The position numbers and the translations under genes are program-made. Positions 37,001 through 50,900 of a stretch of DNA of 64,000 nt are shown in pieces (the stretch's first letter is position 1; the number at the start of each line of letters is the position of its first letter). Source of the stretch: Blasia pusilla (Eukaryota); the NCBI GenBank assembly GCA_050084515.1, contig CM114271.1:24552001-24616000 (forward strand). Reading direction: 5' to 3'. The notes under the pieces are model-generated. The model saw only the letters and a list, made by a program, of their open reading frames with translations, had not been told where the DNA came from and did not search any database.

Positions 37001-40000
37001 CATCTTGTAACTTTGGTTCAAAGTTGCTTTGAATACAAGTTTAAAATGATGGGAGGGTAGAATATAGGGTTCATGATCTACTGTACCCTATTACGTGTTT
37101 ATTACAAGAAACATAGCATGATTTTAGATTGCATGTTATCAAATAGAGTAACAATGGAGTTTCGAATGTATTTGGGGCTCATATTGCTGATGATTGTAAT
37201 AAATATGTTTATTTTATTTTGTAACAATAAAATTTGTATGATGGGAAAAAGTTGGAGCCACGTGCAAAGATGAACTTGGAGTTGTGGGAGTGAGGGAGAG
37301 CAAGTTGAACTTGGCCAAGGTGAAGTTGGAGCAATACGAACAAGGTAGCAATTCCAAGTTGGTTGAGGGCGTCGTGAAGTATTTACGGCCCCTACAGACA
37401 CTCCTATTTTTTTCCTCTCCATCTAGAATATCCACGTGTCATCCACACACATTCACTAATTACTTTCTCTCCCATCCCTCTTAAAAGGCTGCATACTGGT
37501 TTTGGTAAGTTATCCATCAATGGATTTGCTTGGATCAAATTCGATTTTTCATATAATAGTAGATGAGATGTGGATAAAGTAGTGGTGATGACCACATTTC
37601 TTTTGCTCAACTGGTGAATTTCTTTTGAAGGGACTATGTTTGGAGACTTGTAGCTCTCAAGCTCCTAGACTCAAATACAAGAGAAGTATTTGAGTTCAGG
37701 AGCTTGAGAGCTACAAGTCTCAAACACAAGAGAAGTCTTGCACTTAGTTGCAGTAGACGAAAAATTGACATGTTGATTGTAGGAGTAGAAGAAATCTCCA
37801 ATGAGAAGATGACAAGGAGGAGGAACTTATGCCTTATGCCATACATAGTTCTTAAATCCTCGGCTATTTATCTCTTTTTACTCATTCAATTGTGGTTGCA
37901 CAATTTATGTGAAATCTTTGATTGGCAGTGTTAACTAAGAACTCTTGGCTTCTCTTCCCCAACTCTCACCATCCGTAGATTTTTGGGTACACGTGTCATG
38001 ACCGGTCGTAAGCCTAATTCTTGAATCTTCAACCCATTTAATAATGCATCCTTTAATGTCGTTGACTGAGGTTATAGCCTACGTTGCACAATCTTCTTTC
38101 ATCCTTTTTCCATATCAAATTTGATTTTTTATGTAGAGAATAAGTTACAATTTAGGACTACAAATATTATTCAATCTTCACAAAGAGTTGAATAGAAAAT
38201 TCCAAAAAGATGTTCTATTATCCAAGAAGACGCATTCTCCGTCTTAGCATATGCATTCAAGAAAGTATAATGGTCAATCTATGCTTGTGCATTGTGTAGG
38301 CACTATGACTAGCACCCATTATCATAATAGTTTCTAAGATTTATGATAAATCGTTGTAATTATAAGGAATAGATGTCTTATATTTCTTAGAGGGAAAACA
38401 AGACAAGGATCTTCTTCCTTTTTATAAATTTCATCTATGGGTGTTTTAAAAATAAATCATGGATATGTCTAAAGTAAGTTCTGCCATAATTATGGTATGA
38501 TTTATCCTAATAGTCGCACCCAACCTAAGAGGTGAAAAGAAGTAACATTGTTTGCACATATTGCGGTGCAAATATGCAATATGGGAAGGAACCAAGAGAT
38601 TAATCATATTGCACATGAATGAATTCTTTTTTTCTTATTGCACATAAAATGAGAAATATGTTGTAGTACGCTCATTGCCATGTGTCAAGCATATAGGTAT
38701 TTGTAAATCAAGAAGCAACTCTTCCTTAACATGTGACATGAAAAATGTATCTTGCTATAAATATGTTGAGAGGTCAAACACTCTCACTTTACGTGTTTGT
38801 CTTTTAATTCTAAATAATTTTACATGGAAGAAGAGATTTGAAGATAATGAAGAGATATTTGAAAATTGTGAAGTTGTTGAGGAAAAAATAAAAAATTTAT
38901 GAAGCAAAGGACTTGGCCTAAGAACCAAGAATTATATGGAGTGGACATAATCATGAATAGTGGTCATAAAAAGCCCTATATCGTGATGACATATATAGAA
39001 CATTTTACAAGGGTGATTCCATAAATTTAATGTGAGATCTCTATCATCATTAAACCAATTTTCATGGATTTTAAAGTTTCAATGATAGACTTACAATGAT
39101 TCTAACTTCTAAAGTTTATTTCCTTGACAAAAAACTCAAACCATATACCAAAATTAATTAAAAAGTCAGTCATAGACATTTAAAAAAAATGATGGGTTAA
39201 AATTGGATTAAAAAACAAGAAAGCCTTTGATATTCTTGAATGATGGGTCATAATTGTATTCCCAATGTTCCATGATTACATAAAAAATTCTCGAGTATTG
39301 TCGGTGCTATGCACATGCGATAATTCTCGAAATTCAAAAAAACTCCATTCTGGTATCTCCCTTCCCCTCCTCCCTTAACTTACCTCTCTCCTCTTAACCT
39401 TTAACTTAACTCCCTCCCTTAAATTAACATATATCTGCATCAAAAGAATCCTGAAACAAAGGATAAGTGTCAATAGTACGAGGAAGTATTTTCTAAACTC
39501 ATCCTCTCTCATTAGTATAGATGATTTCACAATTGAAATCCAAAAAAATCAACAATCTAGAAGTATCATGATATTTAAATTAGAGTATGGCAGTATACAA
39601 GAGAAATCTATATTATTATTGGAGAGTGCCTTCTTGATTTGCAAGAATCTCTTTGGTTGACATGTGGCAACCGGACAACATGCGAATGTTTCCTCCCTCT
39701 AAGGGCAACAAGAAAACGATTTCCCTTCACTTTCGTGCAAGGTACAAGCTGCCCACTAGTCATACTTATATAGAGATTGAAGGGGAATTTTGAGTATTTG
39801 TAAGTGGTCTTAGTAGTCAAAGAATATTCACAAGAAATTGATTTAGATTATGATTTGATCTGTCATTGAATAGCAAAGAGGATAAGACTTATAACGATTA
39901 TAACTATTAGTGTAAGGCCCGCGGCCTACAAGGATTTGTCATGCTTCACATAAGTTCAAAATTTTGCCATCCCGAAAATATTTGCTTGTTGCTCGAGTGT

Positions 40001-40110
40001 CGTGTGTCAATCAAAGAAGTGTTTAAAATTAAAGAAGGTGTTCTCCCATAATAATATCGATGATGATGAATAATCCATATAAAAACATGTCATTTTCAAG
40101 TGCATTTGTT

Positions 40111-40242
40111 GGGCAGTTTGAAGGAGAAAATTGATATTTATATTGTGAAGATTGATACTTATGTAAACTATACATTGTGAAGATTTTCTCCTTCAAACTG
40201 CCCTAGTTTACATAAGTATCAATTGATACTATGTAAACTATA
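40111..40242. repeat. Interleaved inverted repeats (a, b, a', b', b)
   Basis: a 40111-40131 and a' 40183-40203 (21 bp perfect); b 40151-40170 and b' 40204-40223 (20 bp perfect); another b-like copy at 40222-40242. Confidence 0.88.
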
Positions 40243-43200
40243 CTCCCTATTAATGCAAAGTGAACTAGCCCATCCATAAAGAGGGAGAGAGACCTTAGAG
40301 CTAAATAAGTAATTTTGTTTTCTTTGAGTGTACTAAGAATTTTCCAAATATGGAAAATAAATTAGGAGATGATTGTCCTTCATAAAGTACACTACATCTA
40401 AAAGTGAACATGTACACTTACTCTAGACAACTTTGGGAATGAGTGTGGACCATTGGAAAGAAACATCCTATATTTGGAAGATTGTCTTGTCCACCACTTT
40501 CAAAACAAGTGTCAATTTTTGAGAGGACTTGTCTAAAACACACCCAACCATCTTTTATCATTTCATGATCAAACACTTTTTCCAAAGCATATGCACCACT
40601 CCCGAAAGATATTACATAGTGATCACAAAAGGCACACCCCTACAAATTGAACCCGACATGCATGCTCAAGTAGTCCACCTCTTGATCCTATGGATGATCT
40701 CAGTCACATGGAAACACATAAAGACACCCACCAAGTAAAAACATTCATCATTTACAAACAAAAGGAGGAGGCATAAACTTCCAAAACCCTACTCATAGGA
40801 TAAGAAGACTCATTGTGTGTTTCTTCCTATTATGGCAAGCACCATAGATTTCTTGATGATGGCTTTTTTTCATGATCATAGATAGCATAGGATATGGTGA
40901 TTGATTGTTACGGCCCCTACTATAGTCGAGCCCCGAGTGCACAGGCTGCAAAATACAAATTATTTTGCACCTTCCTCAACCCTCCGATGACATTTGACGT
41001 GAATTTTTAGTTGTCCTATTGAAATTTGACCTTTCATAACCAATCACTCCCCGTGTTACTATTAATTAGACTCTCCTCCGTTCTTCTCCATGTCGTGCCC
41101 TGTTAATTCCACGTCGGAACCTCGGAACTCGAAGCGCCTTAAGTACGTGCCTTCGTCCCTTCCCGCAACTAATGTTAATCTCCTGGAGTTTCTTTCGGTT
41201 GTGTTACGATGAGTCTTCTCCAAACCCTCTTTCCGAACCTCTTTAAAAATCCAAGGGGGTAGGAACCACAAGATATTAAGATCCAATTTTGAGGCTGCCA
41301 CACCATCCCCACATGGAGAAGGAGCAAAAGGGAGAGAGAGTAAAGGGGCCAAGGAAAGATGCACTTCGATAAAAACGAGTGATGGAAAACCCATCGGAAA
41401 TACAAAAGAGGGGGACTCAAAGAGTCAAAACCTGAAGGCCACCAACACGACCAGAAAAGGAAGAAGGGGGCATTCCCGTTCCATGGACCTTATGTGATCC
41501 GAGGGGAGCACGCTCCCCTCAAAAGGGGCCAAGGTACTAAAGGTAAAGTAAAGGGGCCAAGGTACTAAAGGTAGCTTTACGGCTACTGCAGTGGCCTCCT
41601 TTAGGCGACGAATGCGCCGGGCGCAGACAATTTGGCGGACATGGCTGCGTAAGCGCACGGGGGAGTCAAGACGCCGTCCGTGACGTGGCAGCGCTTTCGT
41701 GGGCTCCGTCGGACGCGGAGCGCTCCCAGCCTTTCGATTCCGGATGCACGGCGCGCAGCGCCCTGCAGCTCCATGTCTCCACGTGGCCTGCTAGCATTGG
41801 AGGCCTCCCTTCGGCAGTCAGCACCAGCATCCGCCGTCGAGCTTCCGCGGACGCCCACCAGATCCACGGCTCACAGCGCCGTCCTCCCACCTGGCCGACG
41901 CGCATTGGCTAACCCACCCTACCGCCCGCATCCGATCCGCCGTCCAGCTACCGCGGACGCGAAGCAACCGCATTCCGGCGACTGCGACCTCCGCGATAGG
42001 TTTTTGACCGCGCCCCTGTAGCCCCGGTCCTCCTCAGTAATAATCATAATCGATAATAATAATAAATAATAAAGCGTCCCTCCACCCCACCCCCCCCCTC
42101 TCTCTCTTTGTTTGTGTGTCTGGTTGGTGGTATTCGCTTCACGAAAGGACGGACGACTCGCGAGGGTCGGAGCTAGGAAGCGGACTATCTACGAGGAGAG
42201 AGCTGCGAGAGCCTGTAATGGGGCGTGGGGAGGGGTGGTGCGGTAGAGTGGATGGGTTGAGCGATTGGGCGAGGCGTGGGGTGTGAAGGAGGGAGAGATG
42301 GCGATCGGGATTGGGAGCGAGGTGCGGAGGTCGAGGTTGGGGATCGGAGAGGCCCCGATGTGAGGACAACGAGTGGGAGATTTCGGGAGCGCGTCAATTT
42401 TTGGGGTGCTCGTGGCTGTCAAGTTTGTGCGCTTGTGTTTCGACCGGCGGGTGCGCTGTGTTGCCTCTGCTGCCTCTGCCGCGCGGTGGTGGGGAAATCG
42501 ACAAGGTGAGGTCGAGAGGATTAGGGAGAGGGAGAGGGAGAGAGCACTGGGTGGTCAGGAACTGGTCGCGTGATAGGACGGCCCTCTTGTTTGGACGCGG
42601 TTTGTAGGTGATCTTACGGGGTGTGGTGGACGGATGAGCTGCCAGTCGCCGAATTACCTTAGCAAATTGCAGGGGGAGTGAAGTCGGTGATCGCGACCAG
42701 CTGAAGAGGGAAGTGTGTGGTGGTGGCGGAAGTGAAGTGCCAATCTGGGAAATCTGCCGCGGGTGTCTTCTTCTCTGGAGTGCGGCGGAATGGTTGCGTA
42801 TATCGAGCGTGAATCGGAGTGAGGGAGGACTCGGACAAGGAGAGTAGATTTTTTTTCGGATCTGAGGAAGAGGGGTGTCCTTTTGGCACGCATGAGTTGG
42901 CGTAGATGACGGTGGAAAGAGACTGTGTGGCGTAAGGACTGTTGTTCAGGCTTCCACAGGAATTCGGTTGGTCACATCTTCCCGTCATTTTCTTCTGCAG
43001 CCCTCTACATTACGAAGAGCTCTATCCGAGCCCAACTAGTCAACAAAGAGCTGCTGAACTTTAGGTCGTGAGCTTCAAGGTGGGAATTGCAGTTCTCCTG
43101 TGCGCAGGGTCTTGGTCCAAGAAATGCTATTTAGGTCTCGGTGTTCTTCGTGCATTTGGGTTACTGTCAGGACCAGCCTCGACGACTTCGACGACAAAAA

Positions 43201-43622
43201 ATGAAGATTTTTCTGCAATTGATCGGCGCAGACGAAGCTGCCGGTTGAGCTTAACCCTACTGTGCTACATTGTGCATATTAGCTGGTAAAGAAGCGAGGG
43301 ATTCGGGCACTCTACTCCATCTCTCTACTCCGAAACTGTCTCATGAACTTCAGGTTTCCAGAAGATCGGATGCAGGTGACAGAGCATGTTGACTGACGGG
43401 TACAGGGCTATGCGCGGTTTCCGGGGGTCATAGGCAGGGATTTGTTGGAAATTGATGCTTTGGAGGCCTATCCACTTTTCATGTCGAAACGATGCTTTGG
43501 AGCGTAGTAATGACAGTGCCTTCTTCTGTGTCTCTTCAGAGTCGAGTCGAGGGGCGCCTGCTGGCAGCGGAGGAGATACACCTTCTTCCGCTTCCCGGAG
43601 CCGCAAAAGTTGAAAGGGTACG

Positions 43623-46600
43623 ATGCCTGTATGGGTAATTTTTGTCGTGGCCGGAATTCTTTTGGTGGCAGGGCTGGTATTGGTAATTGCCATTCATATT
43701 TTGGACGTACATGCAGAGGAGCAATGTGCGCACCTACACGATCTCACCCACCGCTCTCTGCAGCAAAATCAAACTCAGAGTCACTATCAGTATCGTTGTG
43801 GAGATTCGCAACTGTGTTGTGTGTGTGGTAGTGTGAGAAACCGTCGCCCACAAGGTAACAATGGGGGCAACACTATTTCTCGGCCGAAAAGTTGCACTAG
43901 AACATCGACAGGAGGGGCCCTGCTGCAGCCGCTAATGGATGCCGCCTACGGGAAGACTTCTTTGGGTTCTGGATCATTGGATTGTTTCTCGGGACTCACT
44001 AGCAGGCGGAATGCTGCGGCCAGTGGGCTTCAAGGTGGATGGTTTAATACTCGGAATCTTTTTCGTAGCAATGGAGGTTCCCGAGAGTTACATGGCAAAT
44101 CAGAGTTGGACAGCGCACAATCATCTGTTTCAGTAGCTGCAGTTGCTTCTGCAGCCTCAGGCAGTTCAAGTTCGGCAGGACCTTTTGCTTCGACCAGCCG
44201 GACAGTCGGATCATCGGTTTCTGGTTCCATGACTACTATTACAGCTACCATTACCACTACAGGTGCTCCTTCAAGCGCTCCTTCGACGTCTACTACTAGG
44301 CCCCAGGCTTCTTCTGGTAGTATTGGGACAGAAGGAGACTGGAAACCATTGCCTCAAAGGAGACTTGTGCTGGAAATATTGATGTCCCCTTCTGGCGCCG
44401 CAGACGGCCAAGGAGGGACTCTGCCCCGGGCCACAGGAGTAAGGTTGAAATTGGAGACAAATGCCAGCTTAGAGAGTCTTGCTAGTCTAGCTTCCGCAGC
44501 ATCCTCTGGAGTGGAAAGCTCTTTTCAATTACAAGAAGCAGAAACCTCAGCGTTTAGAGCGGGGCTCGCCAGCACATCCTGCGGCACAATGCCGGTAGTT
44601 GATGCGATCGCTAGCAGGATTAACGATTCAGCAGGCAACGAAGGTTCTTCGAATAGAGTCTTGAGTTCAAACACTCAAATGTGCAGCAGTCACGCGGGCC
44701 TTGGGCCTTCGTCTTTAATGGAATCTTACAAGAGAGAATCAGCCTCTCAAGGAGTTAGTACAGCAATGTGCAATCCAAACGTAGCAAACAAGGTTAGTAC
44801 CACTGATGACTGTCTAGAAAATAATTACTACACGCCTCCGATGGAGACCGCAAACTGTTCGAGTCAACTCGACAAGAAAGGATCTATTTCAGGCTCGTCT
44901 ACTAGCATGGCTATTGCCACCACTGGGATTAGTAATTCATCCTCTATGGTTGCCAACAAGAGCAGGCCAAATAGTCAAATGGCTGGTGTAGCCTCCATGA
45001 CTAAACCAAAGGTTAAGGTTGGGTCAGGCAGCACAAATGCAAGCTTGGGTAGTAATCTTTCTGCATTAGTTCCAGGATGCGGAACTTCTGGTGGTCCGAA
45101 TGCCACTCCTGCCAAAGGCGCTCACAATCAGGCTTCTTTCAACTCGTCCTTGGATGGTCTGGGGTCGTTGCGGATCAGTGTCCTCGATGGGGGCACCAAA
45201 AGTAAATTAATGAAGGACTGCTCAAAGGGTGTTACAGCTGAAATTGCGTCAGCCTTGGCTGCTCTGAATGTTGAGTCTATTGGAGGGAAAGGGGTAGGTA
45301 TGGGTTCGGCTCTTGGAGTTGGAGGGGCTTCGTCAGATACAACAGTTAAAGTTGAAAAGGTGGATGCTCCACAAGAAGAGGAAATTATTGGAGAAGGAAG
45401 TGGGTCTGATCAAGTTGTTGAGGAGGGAGACGAAAATCAGCTTCCTGTACATGTTAAAGGAGAAACAGTTGAGGAGGATGAGATAGATGGTATTAAGAAG
45501 GAAAAGCGGAAGAAGAAGAATCGGGGCAGAAGGCAGAAAGCTAAAGCTGCAGCTGTTGCAGCTGCAGCTGCTAGTGTAGATGAGCAGTACCGACATTCAC
45601 ATGAGAAGCACTGTGTAGGGGCTGTTGAAAATGCAAATATAGTAACTGAGGTTGAAGTTGGTTGCATTTGTGGAACACCTAAAGGGTCCTGTCATTCTAT
45701 TGGCTGTCCATACCCTTTCACTTCATCAGGAAGTATGGTACAACGCAAAATCAAGGAGCAGTATGATGAACTTGTGCGATCAAACATTGCAAAGACTCTC
45801 ACACTTGCCCAGGTGCGTTTCCCTGATTTGTCACCTTGATCCTCGTCTATGTTGTATGGAGTCCAAATTCAACCAGAGACTATACTCAGTAAGACGTGTT
45901 TGTCTTAGCAATCCATGCAGAGTGATTAGCCTTTATAACTATAAGCTCTGCCTACTGTGTTGCATCAACAAATTGAGGCAGTTCTTCGTTCTCTGCTCCA
46001 CTCACAGGTTTTTACAACGGGTGTTATCACCTAGAACTTTGTCTCATGATAATAATCTGTATCATGGGTTTCTGTATTTCAATTCACAAATATGCGTACT
46101 CTTTAACCAACTTGTTCCTACTTCGTAAATTGTGTCTGAACGTGTCACATCATGTCATCACTCACTGGTTGAGTAGTCTCTCTGACCAAAAAATATTTGG
46201 TGCTCATTTTGTCTCAGGTTGGGCGCTTTACGACGTGCTTAGTGGAGGCAAAATCAGCTCTGCAACAAAAGTAATGGTCTTCACAAAGCATAGTAAATAT
46301 TTGAATCTTTGTGCTTATGAAATTTTAAAGAAACAGCACAACATATTCCAACTCTGACAAATTGCAGCAAATCATGTCAATCGTACTGTCAGTATGTTCA
46401 TCCCTATCTAGTGGTCCAAGGTCTCGGCATTCATGCACTTCTACCTGTGATGGCTTCTTGTGGTCCACCTGGTCGTTAGAGCTTAGTCATTGTCGTGTCG
46501 TTCACCGGCACTTTAAAGTCTCCAGCGGAAGACTGATGATACTGGCACTTTAAAGTTTCCAGCAGAAGATTCATTGTTTGTATCGTTTGGTTGCTGTCAT

Positions 46601-47912
46601 TTGACTTGTATGGAATGTTCACCTTTTCTTCTGGCAGATCAGATACCATACAGCGAAGATTCACAATTGCAAAGTCTCTACTTTCCAAAGCTGATAAGTC
46701 GTCTTTTGATCGGCTTTGCGGACAGGTGAGCTCTTACACCAGCTGAGTTGGATTAGAAGTCAGTAGTTCATCATGACAAGTACTGTGGTCATTGAGTAGG
46801 AGAATTGATTCTTCAAACAATTCATGCTTGAGGATTTAATTGATGCCTGTTATGAGTTGCTTTTGACGTCAGTTCTATGGATGATTCAACAAGTGTGAGG
46901 TACATGTTATGACATCTTTGTATTCTGTCATGATCCAACACATTGAATTGGTGCAGATATATGGGTTGGAAATAGAGCAAAAGAAGCTTGAGGAAGATAC
47001 TGTAGTCTACAATCGGTTGCAAGAGCAACTCAAACTCTCACCGGCATATCAGAAGGTATCTTCATAGGCTCTCAGCTGTATTGCTAGTGGTTGTAGGTTA
47101 CAAAAAAGTAATAGTCCAACCTAGAATTTGGCTTCCTGAGAACCTCAGCTGTACCACGTGGTGGGTCACGTGAGCGGCAGGCATTGAGCTGTGATGGTGG
47201 TTAAACTTTGTCATGAAGATCGAAAGAGTAGCTTTAAGAATGTGCTGAACAAGTGCCTTGAAGAGAAATTGTACTAATCAAGAATGAGAATGTACATATG
47301 CCTTGGTTTGTTGTTAGATTGCTATCCCATCAAAAGTTCTCGTGGCTACTTGCAGATGCTTGAGTATGGACGGACACATTTCGAGTTACAACCAAACACG
47401 GGACAGTTAATAGAGAAAGTTGATAATGAAGAAATGGAGATATCTTTTGAAGAGTTACTGGCTCAAGAAAAGAAGGATTCTTTCTGGTATGTCAGGCTCT
47501 CGCTTTTGTCTGTATGCAATTTTGTTAGTTCATGGAGGTAAAGGTGAATCACTTATTCTTAGTTGTTGAATACTCGTGAGATAAGGAAAAGCAACTTCCT
47601 GAGTCATCCTCCTTCATAAAAGCTTTGCTCCCTTGTAGACCAAATTGAGGATTTTGTCAGCCATTCCACCCCAGTAGGAGGCTTTTGACTAAAATTTCAA
47701 GCTAGAGAGATTGTTGTGTAGCTCTGGTCGGAGAAGCTCTCTTTTACTTGCACTCTTTTGGTGACGTCAAGTTCCAAAACATTGTTCTCAAATACCCTTT
47801 TCCTTGAACCTTGTGGGTGCCAAATACTCAGGCATTGACCACTGGTCTGGGATTGGGAATTTCTTGCAGGCAAAAGCACGGACCTTCAAGGTCTTCTGTC
47901 CAGGTCAGCTAG
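43623..47912 (+). CDS. Protein of unknown function: N-terminal hydrophobic segment, long Ser/Gly-rich region, basic stretch, helical C-terminal domain
   Basis: 738-codon first ORF; GT-AG exons 43623-45812, 46218-46270, 46638-46725, 46957-47055, 47356-47486, 47870-47912 splice in frame (CPYPFTSSGS...LTLAQVGRFTTCLVEAK...ISFEELLAQEKKDSFWQKHG...stop). Confidence 0.88.
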
Positions 47913-50900
47913 TGATTCGAGATTCATCAAAGTGGTTCAAAGGAACTGTGGTGCTCTGAAGGTTTTTGTGGTTGGTTGCTCTCAGAATTGAGGGTTGCCC
48001 CTTTGCACTCAGACATGGTTTGACTGCCTGAATCCGCCAGCGGGCCACAAGCTTTCCCCTTGTATGTTATCACTATAAGTTGGCATTAATGGCTTTTTTG
48101 AAGTGGGGCTGGCAAATTGTACTTATGATTGACTAGTGATGTCGTTCAAATCCTGATTTGCCAATGGGTCTGATTTTACTGGCGTGGTTGGTTGTAACGC
48201 GGTTGATTTTGAACCTCCCCCCCTTCCCCCCTCCCTCTCTCTCTCTCTCTTTAGAACTCCTTGTGGACCCAAGAAATCAAACTGTGAAGTAGGTGGACAA
48301 CTTCTGTATTGTTTTTGTCCATTTTATGTCATTAGGTCTAATTATGTCCTAGCATCTATCTAAGCCTTCAGATCATGTGCTTCTTTCCTATGTCTCACCT
48401 AAAGATTATGGCAAGCACTACTTTAAGAGTAGATTCTGTGTACCATTTTGACTCAATGGGATCAAGGGAGTGGTAGGATTATCTAGCTCTATTCCAAATC
48501 TTGAAGTCATCAAGATGCCTGAAGGTGGAAGTAACTCTCAGTCGAATTTCTGTCGAACTCTTTTAATTTCAGCATGGAAACAATGTCTTCTTAACCAAAC
48601 AGTGGAGTACGTTCCTAACCAAAGAGCAAAGTTTCTTAACAATGACTAATCATAATCATTCTGGGTGAGAAGGTTTGGCGGTAACAATTGTATTCACAGA
48701 TTGAGATTTGCTCTCTGAGAATCTTTTGGCTTTTGTACTGGTAGTGTATAGCCTGCTAGGAATCTGTGGACTGTAGCTCCTACTTTTCTTCTCTCCCCAC
48801 ATGAATCTTAACAACCTTGATATTGACCTTCTCACATTATTGTTCTAGTCAGTAGTTGTCATTGGGGCTTGGCCTCATTTCCACAGCTCGAGCTCCTGCC
48901 TAGAATGTTGTTTCTTGGGGGAACACACTGTGCCTACATCTTTGAAGGTTTCCTCGAAGGAAGTGTGTACATCTTTTAAAGGCTTCCTTTGAAGGAATTG
49001 CATTGTGGGTTCTAGGTCAGGCATGCTATAGTTGAGGCACTTATCATTCCTGAGAGGATGGAAAACTAGCTGCCGTTTCAATCTTAGGAATGAAACTTGT
49101 CGGTAGTTGTAATCCAAGATTTGTTCTTGAAGGTTGTATGGAGAATAAGTTGATGTTTTCTATCAAATGTTACCTCAATTATTTTCGACGAAATGCATTT
49201 TCTGGAAGGGCAAGTCTCCATTCTGCATAGCACTTTCTTTGTCATAGTGGAAGGCACTAGAATTACTCAGTGCATGACTACCCAAAATGTGGAGTTAACA
49301 CTTTATGGTGGTGTTGGCAATGGATGGTATAGGAACCTTCTGAAATTTATCCAAAAGTGAAGTGGAATGAATCCAAAGTAATAATAATTAAAAATAAGTA
49401 CATACATTCACATATGTGTATATATTGCAACGAAACATAAAACACACAATCTACCATTGCAATCATTTCAATCTTAGGTCGTATTTAAATGAATATGTTT
49501 CCACTAGAAGGCACTTGAATAGGAATTCTGGAAGAAAACCTAGAAATATAAATATTTATTTCTCCTTGTTGGGTAGCTCTTCAATTTTGATGTGAGCAAT
49601 TTATTATAATAGTGTGAACTGCAAATCTTTGTCCATTTTGTAAATTATTGGTACATATAACTGGTGAAGAGCACCGAGACTGCTCTCTAAATTGGCAAAG
49701 CGAATCAAAGTAGTCTTTGAAACAAGAGAAATCTATGTCTATGTAGTAATTGGAGGATGCAAGTTCTTTTTCGTTCTTTCTAAAACTCTTTTGGGGTTCT
49801 AGAGTTAAGGAGAGTGATTTTAATCAGTTCTACGTTATTATTGGACAATGCTTCTCCTCTTGACACTTGGCAGCTTCAGCCAATAAGGATTGTTTACCTT
49901 TTGAATCCATAGTCAAATTTAATTTGCCATGACAGAATTTTGAAAGTTAACTATGAGAGGTAATTACACTAGTTATTACTAACTAGTGCATCGATATACA
50001 AATACATTTCCGAGAAGAGTGGTTTACTAAAGGCTTTGAGAAATATTTAGTTTATTATCTTCAATGGTTAGTATTTATTTAAAAGTTATTTAATTCCTAC
50101 ACATGGTCTCTCTAAGATTAGTTTGTCCAACAAAATTTCCCATTACAAATTATGTAGAAAAGATTGTTAAGTTTTTAAATGTTGGGCTTCTCATTTAAAC
50201 ATCCTTAAAATTTTTAGTAACATTCTTTATTTTCCATAAATTATCCTAGTGAATCCAAGCAACTTATAAAACTTAATTTTAGTTGAAATGATTCAAATGA
50301 AGCTATTAAGAGATAATTAATAGAGGAAAGGTAGTAGTAATCTTGGTGACAACTCAGCTTTAAAGTCATTAGTTTTAGGACACAATGCTTAGCAGTTTTT
50401 GTGTAAGAAATGCACTGAAATTATTTTACATAAGTATTATTCTTAAACTTGTGGTTGAATTGCAACCATCTTACCATTGTTCAACGTATCCCATGGCCAA
50501 CGGGAACATAATGATGCCTTTGGGAAGTGAGGTGTAAACTTAGACTTAACTTTCAATCTCTATTATTTCTCTGAGGTCCCCACTTGATTCCGACTTCAAA
50601 TTCATCCAAGTCGAGTTTGCATACAAATTTTCTTTCCATTGAATACACTAAAAGTTAAATAGAGAGTGAAGGATATGGGTTCGATTCCCATTATTCAAAA
50701 TTGAATACGTGTGCTAGTACAAGTCATCCGTTTGGGGTTTTTTTTTCATCTTGGATCTTGTCTCATCATGTGTCTCCTTTTGTCTTCACACTATGTGCTT
50801 GTGGGCTCTTTGAGAAAAATGTTATCTGTTCCTTGGGGTCCAAAGGATTATATTGTGATTTCCCAAGGTGCACGGGGAGAATCTATACTATGATATTATC

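Noticed and set aside
41600-43000. Multiple short overlapping ORFs
   Set aside because: Expected in GC-rich promoter/5' UTR sequence upstream of the 43623 gene; no motifs.
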